Assembly: GCA_046570105.1 (NCBI GenBank) | Contig: JBKHVI010000047.1 | Location: forward strand, 1 to 20,273 | Length of the DNA stretch: 20,273 bases | From: Bacteriovoracia bacterium | GTDB lineage: Bacteria > Bdellovibrionota > Bacteriovoracia > Bacteriovoracales > Bacteriovoracaceae | Direction: 5' to 3' | Shown here: positions 1 through 7,565 of the stretch, in pieces | How positions within the stretch are numbered: position 1 is the first letter of the stretch | Layout of the letters: every line of letters begins with the position of its first letter | The notes under the pieces: generated by a model | Databases searched by the model: none | What the model was told of the DNA's origin: nothing | The model's input: the letters and a program-made list of their open reading frames with translations, nothing else | Made by a program: the position numbers and the translations under genes

Positions 1-64
1 GACGCTACCCAATTACCTGGAAGAGTGCTTTGCCGGGGCCAGAAACCGAATTTACACAAAAATT

Positions 65-93
65 TTGACAGCACCATCGCTCCCCTCTATCAT
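65..93 (+). promoter_or_regulatory. sigma70-type promoter
   Basis: TTGACA (65-70), a 17-bp spacer, and TATCAT (88-93), about 20 nt upstream of the ATG at 115. Confidence 0.75.
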
Positions 94-114
94 TAAAGGG
101 AGTAGGTGCTGCTT

Positions 115-711
115 ATGCTGACTAAATTATTTGTGGGTCTGACCTTTTTTGAGGACAACCACTTCGCTAAAAAAATTCAAAGTTTTCGCGGTCGTTATGA
201 TGAGAAATCCTTAACGAACCCAACGGTCTTTATGCCGCTGGTGCCACCTTTTGAAGTCCCCACCACGGAAGTACAAAGCTTAGCAACCGACATCAGTGAT
301 GAGATGGATGCCTTTTTCCCGGAAGCCGATGATGTGCTGACTCTAGGGTTCACTGGCGTAGATGTTCATTCACACGCCAGAAAAATGATTCTTTATCTTC
401 ATCCCCAGGAGCACACCGATCTCACTCATTGTGCAGAATCATTAGAGAGCATTTGCCGTGAACATGTGGAAGCACGCGAGCATCGTCCTAAAAACGACAA
501 AACTTTTCTCGCCATTGGCCGCTTTACTGATCCTACCGCCTTACATGGAGCGATGAGTGTCGCTCAACGAGAATTCGAGGACTGTACGTCACTTCCAGTG
601 AAAGGCGTCTGTCTTTTTAGAAAGCACAACGGTATTTGGTATCAAGAGGCTGACCTGTACCGCTTTAAAGAAAATAATGAAGCAGCACTGTTGAGTCAGA
701 GGAAAGCATGA
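115..711 (+). CDS. 2H phosphoesterase (YjcG/LigT-like) fold protein, apparently lacking both catalytic HxT motifs
   Basis: About 198 aa from ATG 115 (AGGTG upstream; the ORF track starts at GTG 106). IQSFRGRYDEK...FMPLVPPFE and FLAIGRF...CLFRKHNGIW resemble the YjcG-type pattern (SYRKRYDP...PHLTL...F; PHVTVG...LYQLENGSW), recognised from memory rather than by alignment. Confidence 0.55.
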   Translation: MLTKLFVGLTFFEDNHFAKKIQSFRGRYDEKSLTNPTVFMPLVPPFEVPTTEVQSLATDISDEMDAFFPEADDVLTLGFTGVDVHSHARKMILYLHPQEHTDLTHCAESLESICREHVEAREHRPKNDKTFLAIGRFTDPTALHGAMSVAQREFEDCTSLPVKGVCLFRKHNGIWYQEADLYRFKENNEAALLSQRKA

Positions 712-1895
712 AGTTTGCCTGGTTCATCTTTATAAGTTTTTCTGCTTTGGCGCAAACGAGCTATGTACCGCCGGCGCAAGTATTGAAACCAAATTCATAT
801 GAGATCATGGCCGAAACGAGATTCTGGCAATCGGCCTCTCGTTTTGATTCTGATGGAGAGGAAGTTCCTTTTTTATTAGGCGATGAATCGTTCTCGTATT
901 TAGAAGGTGAAATCCTTGGCCGCATTGCTGCTACTAAAGAATTACAATTCACATTTGGTGCTAATTTTCGACAAAATGCTGCCAGTGTAGAATCACCAGT
1001 GGGCTCTCAAACATACGAGAGCATCAGTTCATCGGGTGTACAGGCTATCAGTGCGATCATGACTTATGGTTTTGAGCCAGTTGAAAAAATAACTTATGCG
1101 CTCGAAGGATTCTATCGTTACAACCCTTATAAGAATTCTCGCTGGGATGCGACTGATCCAGTGGCCGATTTAGTATTAGGTGATGATGGAGGAGAGTATG
1201 GAGTAGGACTGATTGCTACATACACTAGTCCTAATAAAAACTATCTGAGTTTCCGAGGACAATATAAACGCCCCGGCAAAGAGATCAGCACTGAATTGAC
1301 CTGGGATGTTCAGGGAGCGATTGCTTGGTCACACTTTGCGCTGATTGCAGGTGTCCAAGGTGTGCAGTCTCTTAATCAAGATGCCTATAGTGAAGATCCT
1401 TTAACTAAACCGGCCATCAATACCGGTGGATCAAATCTCTATAATTCTGTGAATCGCCAATATGTTGCTCCCTATGTCGGCGCCAATATCGCGCTCGGGA
1501 AGAAGTGGCGGGTTGAGACGCGCTATCAAACAGTCATGAATGCCCGCTCATACGACTCAGGCTCTTTGATTTCGGTGGCGCTTGCAACGAGAACAGAGCC
1601 TGATAATCGCGCTTCCATAGACCAAGCATTTAAGGAATATGACATCGAAGCTTCAGTGGTGAAGCTTTCTCCCAAAAAACAGTTCGTCATTATTGATAAG
1701 GGATTGGCGCAAAATGTTCAGAAGGGGCAGCGCTTTGACCTCTTTCATTTTGATTATGTGGGAGGAAATATCCTGCTCGGACGTGCGGTTGTGATTCAAG
1801 TCAATGCCGACCAAGCTGTACTCAAGCTCACCAGTCGTTTTTCACTTAAGCATGAGATCAAAGAGGGGACTGTGGCCCGTGGACTTTCTAAGTAG
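708..1895 (+). CDS. Secreted protein: probable outer-membrane beta-barrel plus a C-terminal FlgT-C-like beta domain
   Basis: Signal peptide MKFAWFIFISFSALA. Many amphipathic beta-strands with aromatic residues (LQFTFGANF, ITYALEGFYRY, YVAPYVGANIAL, WRVETRY). The C-terminal VIIDKG...V.KGQRF...GRAVVIQV....AV pattern resembles FlgT_C. ATGA overlap with the upstream gene. Confidence 0.6.
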   Translation: MKFAWFIFISFSALAQTSYVPPAQVLKPNSYEIMAETRFWQSASRFDSDGEEVPFLLGDESFSYLEGEILGRIAATKELQFTFGANFRQNAASVESPVGSQTYESISSSGVQAISAIMTYGFEPVEKITYALEGFYRYNPYKNSRWDATDPVADLVLGDDGGEYGVGLIATYTSPNKNYLSFRGQYKRPGKEISTELTWDVQGAIAWSHFALIAGVQGVQSLNQDAYSEDPLTKPAINTGGSNLYNSVNRQYVAPYVGANIALGKKWRVETRYQTVMNARSYDSGSLISVALATRTEPDNRASIDQAFKEYDIEASVVKLSPKKQFVIIDKGLAQNVQKGQRFDLFHFDYVGGNILLGRAVVIQVNADQAVLKLTSRFSLKHEIKEGTVARGLSK

Positions 1896-1934
1896 TTGAT
1901 TAAATCAATTCGCAAAGAACAAAAAATTCATAGG

Positions 1935-1962
1935 TTGAGCAGTTTCAAGATTCAGTTAAAAT
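1935..1962 (+). promoter_or_regulatory. possible sigma70-type promoter
   Basis: TTGAGC (1935-1940), a 16-bp spacer, TAAAAT (1957-1962). It overlaps the ORF-track start at 1961, which favours ATG 1988 as the true start. Confidence 0.4.
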
Positions 1963-1987
1963 GGTCTTATACAAAGGACTTCGAATT

Positions 1988-2710
1988 ATGAAACAGCTTT
2001 GCGTGATTTCTCTATTATTGGCCTTCACCATCAGCTCGGCATGGGCCAAGAGATTCTCAAACCAATACTGTGAGTTTGAATTACCAACTGGCTGGCAGTG
2101 TGCGCTGGAAGGTTCAGAATATGTTTGTCAGTCGGAGAGTGATGGTAGCAAAAAAGAAGCGATCATTATTCTGGCCGCGAAACGTCGTGGCGAACAAGAC
2201 AGCATGGAAGAGTACGAAGCTTATTTGAAAAAGCAGAAGACTTATAATTTGCCTGGCGGAAAAATCCAAATCTCAGAAGCGAAATATACTAAGAAAACCC
2301 CAGTGAATGGACATGATTGGGTAGATGCTCTTCACTTGGCATCTGAAGTACCTGGCTTCTACACACGTTATCTTGCAACGGTGAAAGAAGATCTGGGTGT
2401 AGCGGTAACTTTTTCTGTCGCAAAAGATTTGTACGAACAATACAAAGGCATTTTTGATGGTGTGGTCGCTTCACTTCGCGTCTTTCGTCAAAAATCAGAT
2501 ACTGGCACTAATGTGAATTTGGCCGGTGGTGAAGAAGATCTGGGTGGAACAGTCTTCGTACCAGATGGCGACAAAGTTGATATCAGCGTTCAAAAGACTC
2601 AGCAGCGCAAAGGCGATGAAGAGAGCAGCGATATGATGCTTCTTTTCGGTATTATTGCGGTCGCCGGGGTCATCATCTTCCTTAAGAAAAAAGGCAAGAA
2701 AAAGGGCTAA
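1988..2710 (+). CDS. Exported protein with a possible PsbP/DcrB-like domain and a C-terminal membrane anchor
   Basis: SD AAAGGA before ATG 1988 and signal peptide MKQLCVISLLLAFTISSAWA. FSNQYCEFELPTGW and VTFSV...FDGVVASLR are reminiscent of the PsbP/Mog1/DcrB fold. The C-terminus is a hydrophobic helix followed by KKKGKKKG. Confidence 0.6.
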   Translation: MKQLCVISLLLAFTISSAWAKRFSNQYCEFELPTGWQCALEGSEYVCQSESDGSKKEAIIILAAKRRGEQDSMEEYEAYLKKQKTYNLPGGKIQISEAKYTKKTPVNGHDWVDALHLASEVPGFYTRYLATVKEDLGVAVTFSVAKDLYEQYKGIFDGVVASLRVFRQKSDTGTNVNLAGGEEDLGGTVFVPDGDKVDISVQKTQQRKGDEESSDMMLLFGIIAVAGVIIFLKKKGKKKG

Positions 2711-2724
2711 AATGCCTCGTTTCT

Positions 2725-2749
2725 GTGGCGCCCTCTCTGGGGGTGCCAC
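2725..2749 (+). terminator. GC-rich hairpin after the stop at 2710 (possible terminator or RNA stability element)
   Basis: GTGGCGCCC pairs with GGGTGCCAC (one G-U pair). There is no clear U-tract. Confidence 0.35.
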
Positions 2750-2763
2750 CCGCCTAAGTTATC

Positions 2764-2775
2764 AAAAACACAGCT
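2764..2775 (+). promoter_or_regulatory. Upstream motif AAAAACACAGCT, copy 1
   Basis: The identical 12-mer occurs at 11544-11555 on the minus strand, upstream of the paralogous gene and in the same relative orientation. Confidence 0.45.
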
Positions 2776-2834
2776 CTTTATCCCCCCTCTCTTATATAAC
2801 TAAGCCCCTAACCCCGCGAAGCTTATAATAGTAC

Positions 2835-2862
2835 TCAGGTATATCATCCGAGGCGCCGATAA
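2835..2862 (+). promoter_or_regulatory. sigma28 (FliA)-type promoter
   Basis: Perfect -10 GCCGATAA (2855-2862), preceded by TCAGGTAT (2835-2842; consensus TAAAGTTT) at 12 bp. It lies 20 nt upstream of the SD GGAG and ATG 2883. Confidence 0.6.
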
Positions 2863-2882
2863 GCCTTTTACGGAGAAGTCCT

Positions 2883-4892
2883 ATGAATACGACATATAAG
2901 TTCCTTAGCTTGTTACTTGTGATGGGCCTTACGGTGCAGCCGGTGTTTTCTCAGGAAAATGAGGATGTCCCAGCGCCACCAACAGAAGCTGGAGGCTCGA
3001 ACCCCCAGTTCACTGAACAAGAACAAGCAAGATTAGCAGCAATAGAAAGAAACAAAGCCATTGAGGCCCAAGTCGCTGCGGGAGCAATGACCCGTGAGCA
3101 AGCTGATGCAAAATTGAAAGAGTTTGCATTAGAGGATGAGGCAAATGGTATTCGCCTAGGAGCCTCTGCCAGACAAGATGTAGTCAATGGAGCAATTGCT
3201 GACTCTGCAGAACCAGGTGATGGTAACTATAAGGGAGCAGGGAACGCAGAAGGTGAATTGCTAGCGTGCTTTCCTGAATTGACGCAATTAAATTGTAGCT
3301 CTGCTTGTCAGGGTGATGATTGTAAAGATGGAGTTTATAAAGCTCCAATTAACACCGTTAATTTTAATTCACCAATTTCGTGTAAGTCCTATTTTGGTGA
3401 AGGTGATATCCGTTCAAAACAAAATCTTAAGACTAAAATTTGTCGCCTTATCGCTTCTTCCTGCAAAATGCCAGAAGGTTTAGAGAATGCTTCTCAAGAA
3501 CAAAAAGACAATGCCAAGCGAAGTTATTACGGCTGTGTAGAGAAAGCTCAACAGGCCAAGGCTCGCTCTGTGATTGTAGGTGCACAAAAATGTGCGGCAA
3601 TTCACTTGGCGGCTGAAGCAACAGAAAGTGGTGGTGAGCAAGGTAAGGCCGGGGGAAATCCAATAACCTGTAAAACAAATAGCTCATATGATGGATACGC
3701 TTTTGACTATAAAGGCTGTACTGGTTTTTTGAATTGGTACATGGGTCTTCAGGCCACAGAAGCTGGCCTTGGTATTTACAATGAAGCCGATAAAACGATG
3801 ACCGGAATGAAAGCTCAAAACGACATGGCACAAGAAATTCAAAAAGGTAACGGACAGACAGCTGGCATCGACGGTGCGAAACGCTCCACTATGGCAGCAG
3901 CAGATGCAGAATCGAGAAATAAATTATTTTTTGCTTCAAAAGGTACGGCCATATCAGCACAGCTAATGCTCTTTACAACTGAGTCTAGCATCGCCGACGA
4001 ATGTAGTAATGGTGCCGCCTGCTGTAAGCTTTTTTCTGCTCGAGGTGAAGACAAAATTAAAGGTGATTTCTTTCCTAATAAAGGTGCTCGCGATCATATG
4101 ATCGCAGAAGTGATCAAGGCCGGTGGAGCTGCAGTAGCTGCGGCTTTAAGAGAAGCTGAGTTGAAGAAACGAGCAGCTCTCATGCAAGCAGCTAAAGAGC
4201 AGCTTGCTGGTCCAGAAGATGAGTCTGAAGAAGGCTTCATGAAATTCTGTCAGCAGTATCCGCAAGATGTTCGCTGCCTAGGCCCAGGTAATCGCCTGTC
4301 TGTTGGTAACAATGGGTACGGATCAAATTTCCAAGGTCAAAATTTTGGATTGGGTGATCTTGGAGCTGCTACTACAGATGAATTTAATACTGAAACAATT
4401 ACTCCAGGCTCAGGCCCTGGCACAGCTGCAGCTGCTGTCGGTGGTATTGGTAACATGAATAAAGCAGCAGCTGAAGCTAAAGACATCTTCAATGCTCCTC
4501 CAGCAGCTCGTGGCGGTGGTGCACCGGGTGCAGCTGGTGGTGCAGGTGGTGGTGGTGCAGGTGCAAGTGCATCGGCGAATGGATTATCTAATGATCCAGG
4601 AGTACAAGCTGAGAAAACAGAAGATCCGCTTAAGGTGACTTCTAAGAAAGCTAATTACGATGGTGCTGCCGGTTATAGCGGTGGAAGTTGGCGTGCCGGT
4701 GCAGCTAAAAAAGAAGCTGCAGCTGAAAACCCATTCGCTGCCATGTTTAACAAAAATAAAGGGCGAGACATTGCAGCTGCTAAAGAGATAGACTCACCAG
4801 CGTCAGATTTATTTACTAAAATTTCTAATCGCTATGGTGAAGTGCAGAAGCGCAAAGGTCTTATGGAAGCTGCTGACACAAATATTCGATGA
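2883..4892 (+). CDS. Large secreted Cys-rich protein with Ala-rich helices, a Gly-rich linker and a C-terminal F..ISNRY motif (uncharacterised)
   Basis: 669 aa. Signal peptide MNTTYKFLSLLLVMGLTVQPVFS; 16 Cys; GGGAPGAAGGAGGGGAG linker; C-terminal EIDSPASDLFTKISNRY shared with 9029-11416. Confidence 0.85.
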   Translation: MNTTYKFLSLLLVMGLTVQPVFSQENEDVPAPPTEAGGSNPQFTEQEQARLAAIERNKAIEAQVAAGAMTREQADAKLKEFALEDEANGIRLGASARQDVVNGAIADSAEPGDGNYKGAGNAEGELLACFPELTQLNCSSACQGDDCKDGVYKAPINTVNFNSPISCKSYFGEGDIRSKQNLKTKICRLIASSCKMPEGLENASQEQKDNAKRSYYGCVEKAQQAKARSVIVGAQKCAAIHLAAEATESGGEQGKAGGNPITCKTNSSYDGYAFDYKGCTGFLNWYMGLQATEAGLGIYNEADKTMTGMKAQNDMAQEIQKGNGQTAGIDGAKRSTMAAADAESRNKLFFASKGTAISAQLMLFTTESSIADECSNGAACCKLFSARGEDKIKGDFFPNKGARDHMIAEVIKAGGAAVAAALREAELKKRAALMQAAKEQLAGPEDESEEGFMKFCQQYPQDVRCLGPGNRLSVGNNGYGSNFQGQNFGLGDLGAATTDEFNTETITPGSGPGTAAAAVGGIGNMNKAAAEAKDIFNAPPAARGGGAPGAAGGAGGGGAGASASANGLSNDPGVQAEKTEDPLKVTSKKANYDGAAGYSGGSWRAGAAKKEAAAENPFAAMFNKNKGRDIAAAKEIDSPASDLFTKISNRYGEVQKRKGLMEAADTNIR

Positions 4893-5293
4893 ATTTCAAA
4901 TTTGATTACCGCGTCCAGGTGAAGGAATTTCACCTGGACACTTTCGGTCACGTTAACAATGCCATGTATTTAGTTCTCTATGAAGAAGCCCGTTGGGATT
5001 TCATCACAACGAATGGTTTTGGTTTAGATCGTATCAAGGCCGATAAAATGGGGCCTGTAATCATTGAAGCCCAAGTTAAATTCAAGCGTGAATTGGTTAA
5101 TCGTGAGTGGATTAACATTCAATCTCGTCCTGGCGAGGTGAATGGTAAACTTATGGAGATTAACCAACAAATCGTTCGCCCCGATGGAAAAGTCGCTTCA
5201 GAAGCGAAGTTTCTTGTTGGGTTTATGGATCTTAAAGAGCGAAAACTCATCGTGCCACCGCAAGATTGGCTTAAGGCCTGTGGTTACGATTAG
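4889..5293 (+). CDS. Acyl-CoA thioesterase, 4HBT/YbgC/FadM hotdog family
   Basis: Motif HLDTFGHVNNAMYLVLYEEAR, 134 aa, and a C-terminal ...P.D pattern. ATGA overlap with the upstream gene. Confidence 0.9.
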   Translation: MNFKFDYRVQVKEFHLDTFGHVNNAMYLVLYEEARWDFITTNGFGLDRIKADKMGPVIIEAQVKFKRELVNREWINIQSRPGEVNGKLMEINQQIVRPDGKVASEAKFLVGFMDLKERKLIVPPQDWLKACGYD

Positions 5294-5369
5294 TAAAAGC
5301 CTGACAGTCACACTTCGTTTCTTCATCATCTCAATTAAATACCGATAAGTTTTGCCTAACTCCATGAAG

Positions 5370-5397
5370 TTGCGAGGGAGTTGGAGTTCGTTACAAT
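5370..5397 (+). promoter_or_regulatory. possible sigma70-type promoter giving a nearly leaderless transcript
   Basis: TTGCGA (5370-5375), 16 bp, TACAAT (5392-5397). The predicted +1 near 5404 falls immediately before ATG 5407. Confidence 0.4.
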
Positions 5398-5406
5398 GGA
5401 ATGTAT

Positions 5407-5742
5407 ATGCCAATACTATTTTTATTTTTACTAGTTCCTACTTTTGCTTCAACACCAGAACAGTGGTGGGTGGGCAATACCGAAATCAGTTTTGTAGAGG
5501 CTCCTCAAGGTGGTCTGGTTAATCCAAGCTGTTTGAAAAAACAAAATTGCAAAGCGGCACTCGCCTTAAAAAATAAAATCGGAAATGCCAAAGTTGGACA
5601 AGGTGGTGCGCATCCTGCTTCAACTGTTTGCCGAGAAAACCATAAAGGTCAAATTGTTATCGCCTTCAAGGGTGATGAGACACAATCATTCTGTCGTTTC
5701 AAAGATGGAAGTTTTGCTTCACTTGATGGGTTAATTAAATGA
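5407..5742 (+). CDS. Small secreted Cys-containing protein with a DUF333-like domain
   Basis: Signal peptide MPILFLFLLVPTFA (alternative start 5401). GAHPASTVC....G....K....SFCRFKDGS matches the remembered DUF333 pattern ANPASVYC...GG.......G.C.F.DG. A second N-terminal NPSC...C pair is present. Confidence 0.6.
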   Translation: MPILFLFLLVPTFASTPEQWWVGNTEISFVEAPQGGLVNPSCLKKQNCKAALALKNKIGNAKVGQGGAHPASTVCRENHKGQIVIAFKGDETQSFCRFKDGSFASLDGLIK

Positions 5743-7523
5743 AAAAAATTATTTTACCTCTGGCCCTTATTTTTAATATCACTGCCGAAGCCAATTCATG
5801 CTTGAAGCCAGGGAAAAAAGTAGAACTCAAGCAGTTTGCCGTCCAGGATCAAGACGGACTTGGTATCTGTTATGCCAACTCAGCTAGCATTCTTCTGCAG
5901 CATGCGATGGGGTGGGAGAAGCCCGTTTCTTACCAGCAACTTGCTTTGGGACATGCGAATTACACACGTAGTTGGTTCAATGGTCAAAAAATAGCAAATA
6001 TTTCTGGAAATCCCGGTGATCGCTATGCAGGTGAAGCGGGTAATATTTGTAAAAGTGTTGAGGCCGCTAAACAGTATGGCATTTGCGATGGGCACAGTTT
6101 TAAATTTGACGTCCATAATGGACAAGACCCGTGGGCGATGCAAGAGAAGTTGTTATTAGCGTATGGTGATTTACTTGATTATCTAGGATTAGTTCATCAA
6201 GGGATGGGGTCGTCTGATTGGGAGAAGTTCTCAAAAGTGTTAGCTTCTCGAATCTATAATAAGAAAAAAGATTGCAAAAAAGATCCTGCTAAATTCATGA
6301 CGGATAAGATGGCTCAGATGTTGCCGGGACATTTGAAACAAAGGATTGTTTCATTTGAACAACGGATTGAACGATATGAACGTGAGCTCATTTCCGCAAA
6401 TGGAGAGGAAGCTGCCCGAATTAGGAAAAATATTCAGAATTCTAAGGGTTGGATAAGAGATTTGAAAGATTTGCTTAATGCCATTTCTGATATTCGAACA
6501 TCGGATTCAAATCCAGATGTTAAAGTCTATCAGCTTCGCCCTAAGGCAATTGAGGAATTAAAAAAAACAGCAAGCATATATGTATCTCAATTGGGTAATC
6601 ATACTAGTTCAAACATGGTCTCAACCACGACGAGCGGAGTAACAAATTTGCCAAAAGTAGAAGCTCCGTTGGCGACCCTATATCGTGCAGCAAGAGCTCT
6701 TGGAGCAAATTTTTCGACGAGTGCTGAACAGTATGTTTATTCGGATAAAGAATCGTTAGAATTGGTATTGCAGGTTCATCGAATTCAAAGCCTCTGCAAA
6801 GACTCCCTAGACGAAGAGATGCTCGCCGGAATCGATATCCCTGCCATGCTGGAAATGCGCTGCGAGGGTATTGTTGAAGGGGCTGATCCAGTCATGAATA
6901 GTGCGATTAAGGATGCTAACACTATTGTTGAAGTGTTGAAAAAAAATCAAATGAATACTTTCGGATCGAAGATGGCAACCATGTTTGATTTGTTGGCGCC
7001 GGGTTGTTTGCGACAGATGCAGCAAACGAAGTCAAGTTTGGACAAAATAAGATGTGAGTCAGTCGCCCTATCAAGTGTAGCGATCATGTCGTCGCTACAA
7101 GATCAAACAAGCGTAGCAAAAGAAAGTAGCGCTAAACGTTTGAAGCACTCGCAGACTTGGATGACAGAACGTTTGTGTGCTAAGCAACCAGTCTCGGTTG
7201 ATGTTTGCACTGATTTTATGCAGAAGCCTGGATTTGCTGACACTGACTTCTGTGCCAAGCGAGAGACACAGCAAGGTAAGTCGATGCATGCCAATCACAC
7301 TATGGCGGTGGTGGGTTATGAAGTTCAATCCAATAAGAGTGTGCGCTATTTAGTGCAAAATTCCTGGGGCCGAGCTTGTCCGTTCACAAATTCGGTTATT
7401 GCTGCTGGTAAAGATGCCGAGTGTGAGAAAGATGCGAGTGGAAAGTTAACTGGACGATTCTGGATATCAGACAAGGTATTGATCACAAACACAATGCAAC
7501 TTGCTACCGTTGCCAAACCTTAA
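5739..7523 (+). CDS. Secreted papain-like (C1 family) cysteine peptidase with a large internal insertion
   Basis: Signal peptide; VQDQDGLGICYANS carries the oxyanion Gln and catalytic Cys; NHTMAVVGY carries the His; YLVQNSWG carries the Asn; GRFWIS near the end. ATGA overlap with the upstream gene. Confidence 0.9.
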   Translation: MKKIILPLALIFNITAEANSCLKPGKKVELKQFAVQDQDGLGICYANSASILLQHAMGWEKPVSYQQLALGHANYTRSWFNGQKIANISGNPGDRYAGEAGNICKSVEAAKQYGICDGHSFKFDVHNGQDPWAMQEKLLLAYGDLLDYLGLVHQGMGSSDWEKFSKVLASRIYNKKKDCKKDPAKFMTDKMAQMLPGHLKQRIVSFEQRIERYERELISANGEEAARIRKNIQNSKGWIRDLKDLLNAISDIRTSDSNPDVKVYQLRPKAIEELKKTASIYVSQLGNHTSSNMVSTTTSGVTNLPKVEAPLATLYRAARALGANFSTSAEQYVYSDKESLELVLQVHRIQSLCKDSLDEEMLAGIDIPAMLEMRCEGIVEGADPVMNSAIKDANTIVEVLKKNQMNTFGSKMATMFDLLAPGCLRQMQQTKSSLDKIRCESVALSSVAIMSSLQDQTSVAKESSAKRLKHSQTWMTERLCAKQPVSVDVCTDFMQKPGFADTDFCAKRETQQGKSMHANHTMAVVGYEVQSNKSVRYLVQNSWGRACPFTNSVIAAGKDAECEKDASGKLTGRFWISDKVLITNTMQLATVAKP

Positions 7524-7530
7524 ACAACAC

Positions 7531-7565
7531 AAATAAAAAGGGCCCCTTTCGGGGCCCTTCTCTTT
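7531..7565. terminator. Bidirectional rho-independent terminator
   Basis: AAGGGCCCC-TTTC-GGGGCCCTT (7538-7559), with an A-tract on the left and T-rich sequence on the right, between two convergent genes. Confidence 0.85.

Noticed and set aside
1..77. Open minus-strand frame from ATG 77 (MVLSKFLCKFGFWPRQ...) running off the window
   Set aside because: It overlaps the strong plus-strand promoter, the SD-like sequence is too close to the ATG, and the peptide is unrecognisable. It cannot be evaluated from this window.
5322..5348. ACCGATAA as a second sigma28 -10 element
   Set aside because: There is no convincing -35 at the right spacing, and a sigma70-like pair closer to the gene explains it better.
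6627..6640. Exact 14-mer ACGACGAGCGGAGT also found at 11775-11788
   Set aside because: Both copies are inside coding regions (TTSGV), and about one such match is expected by chance in 20 kb.
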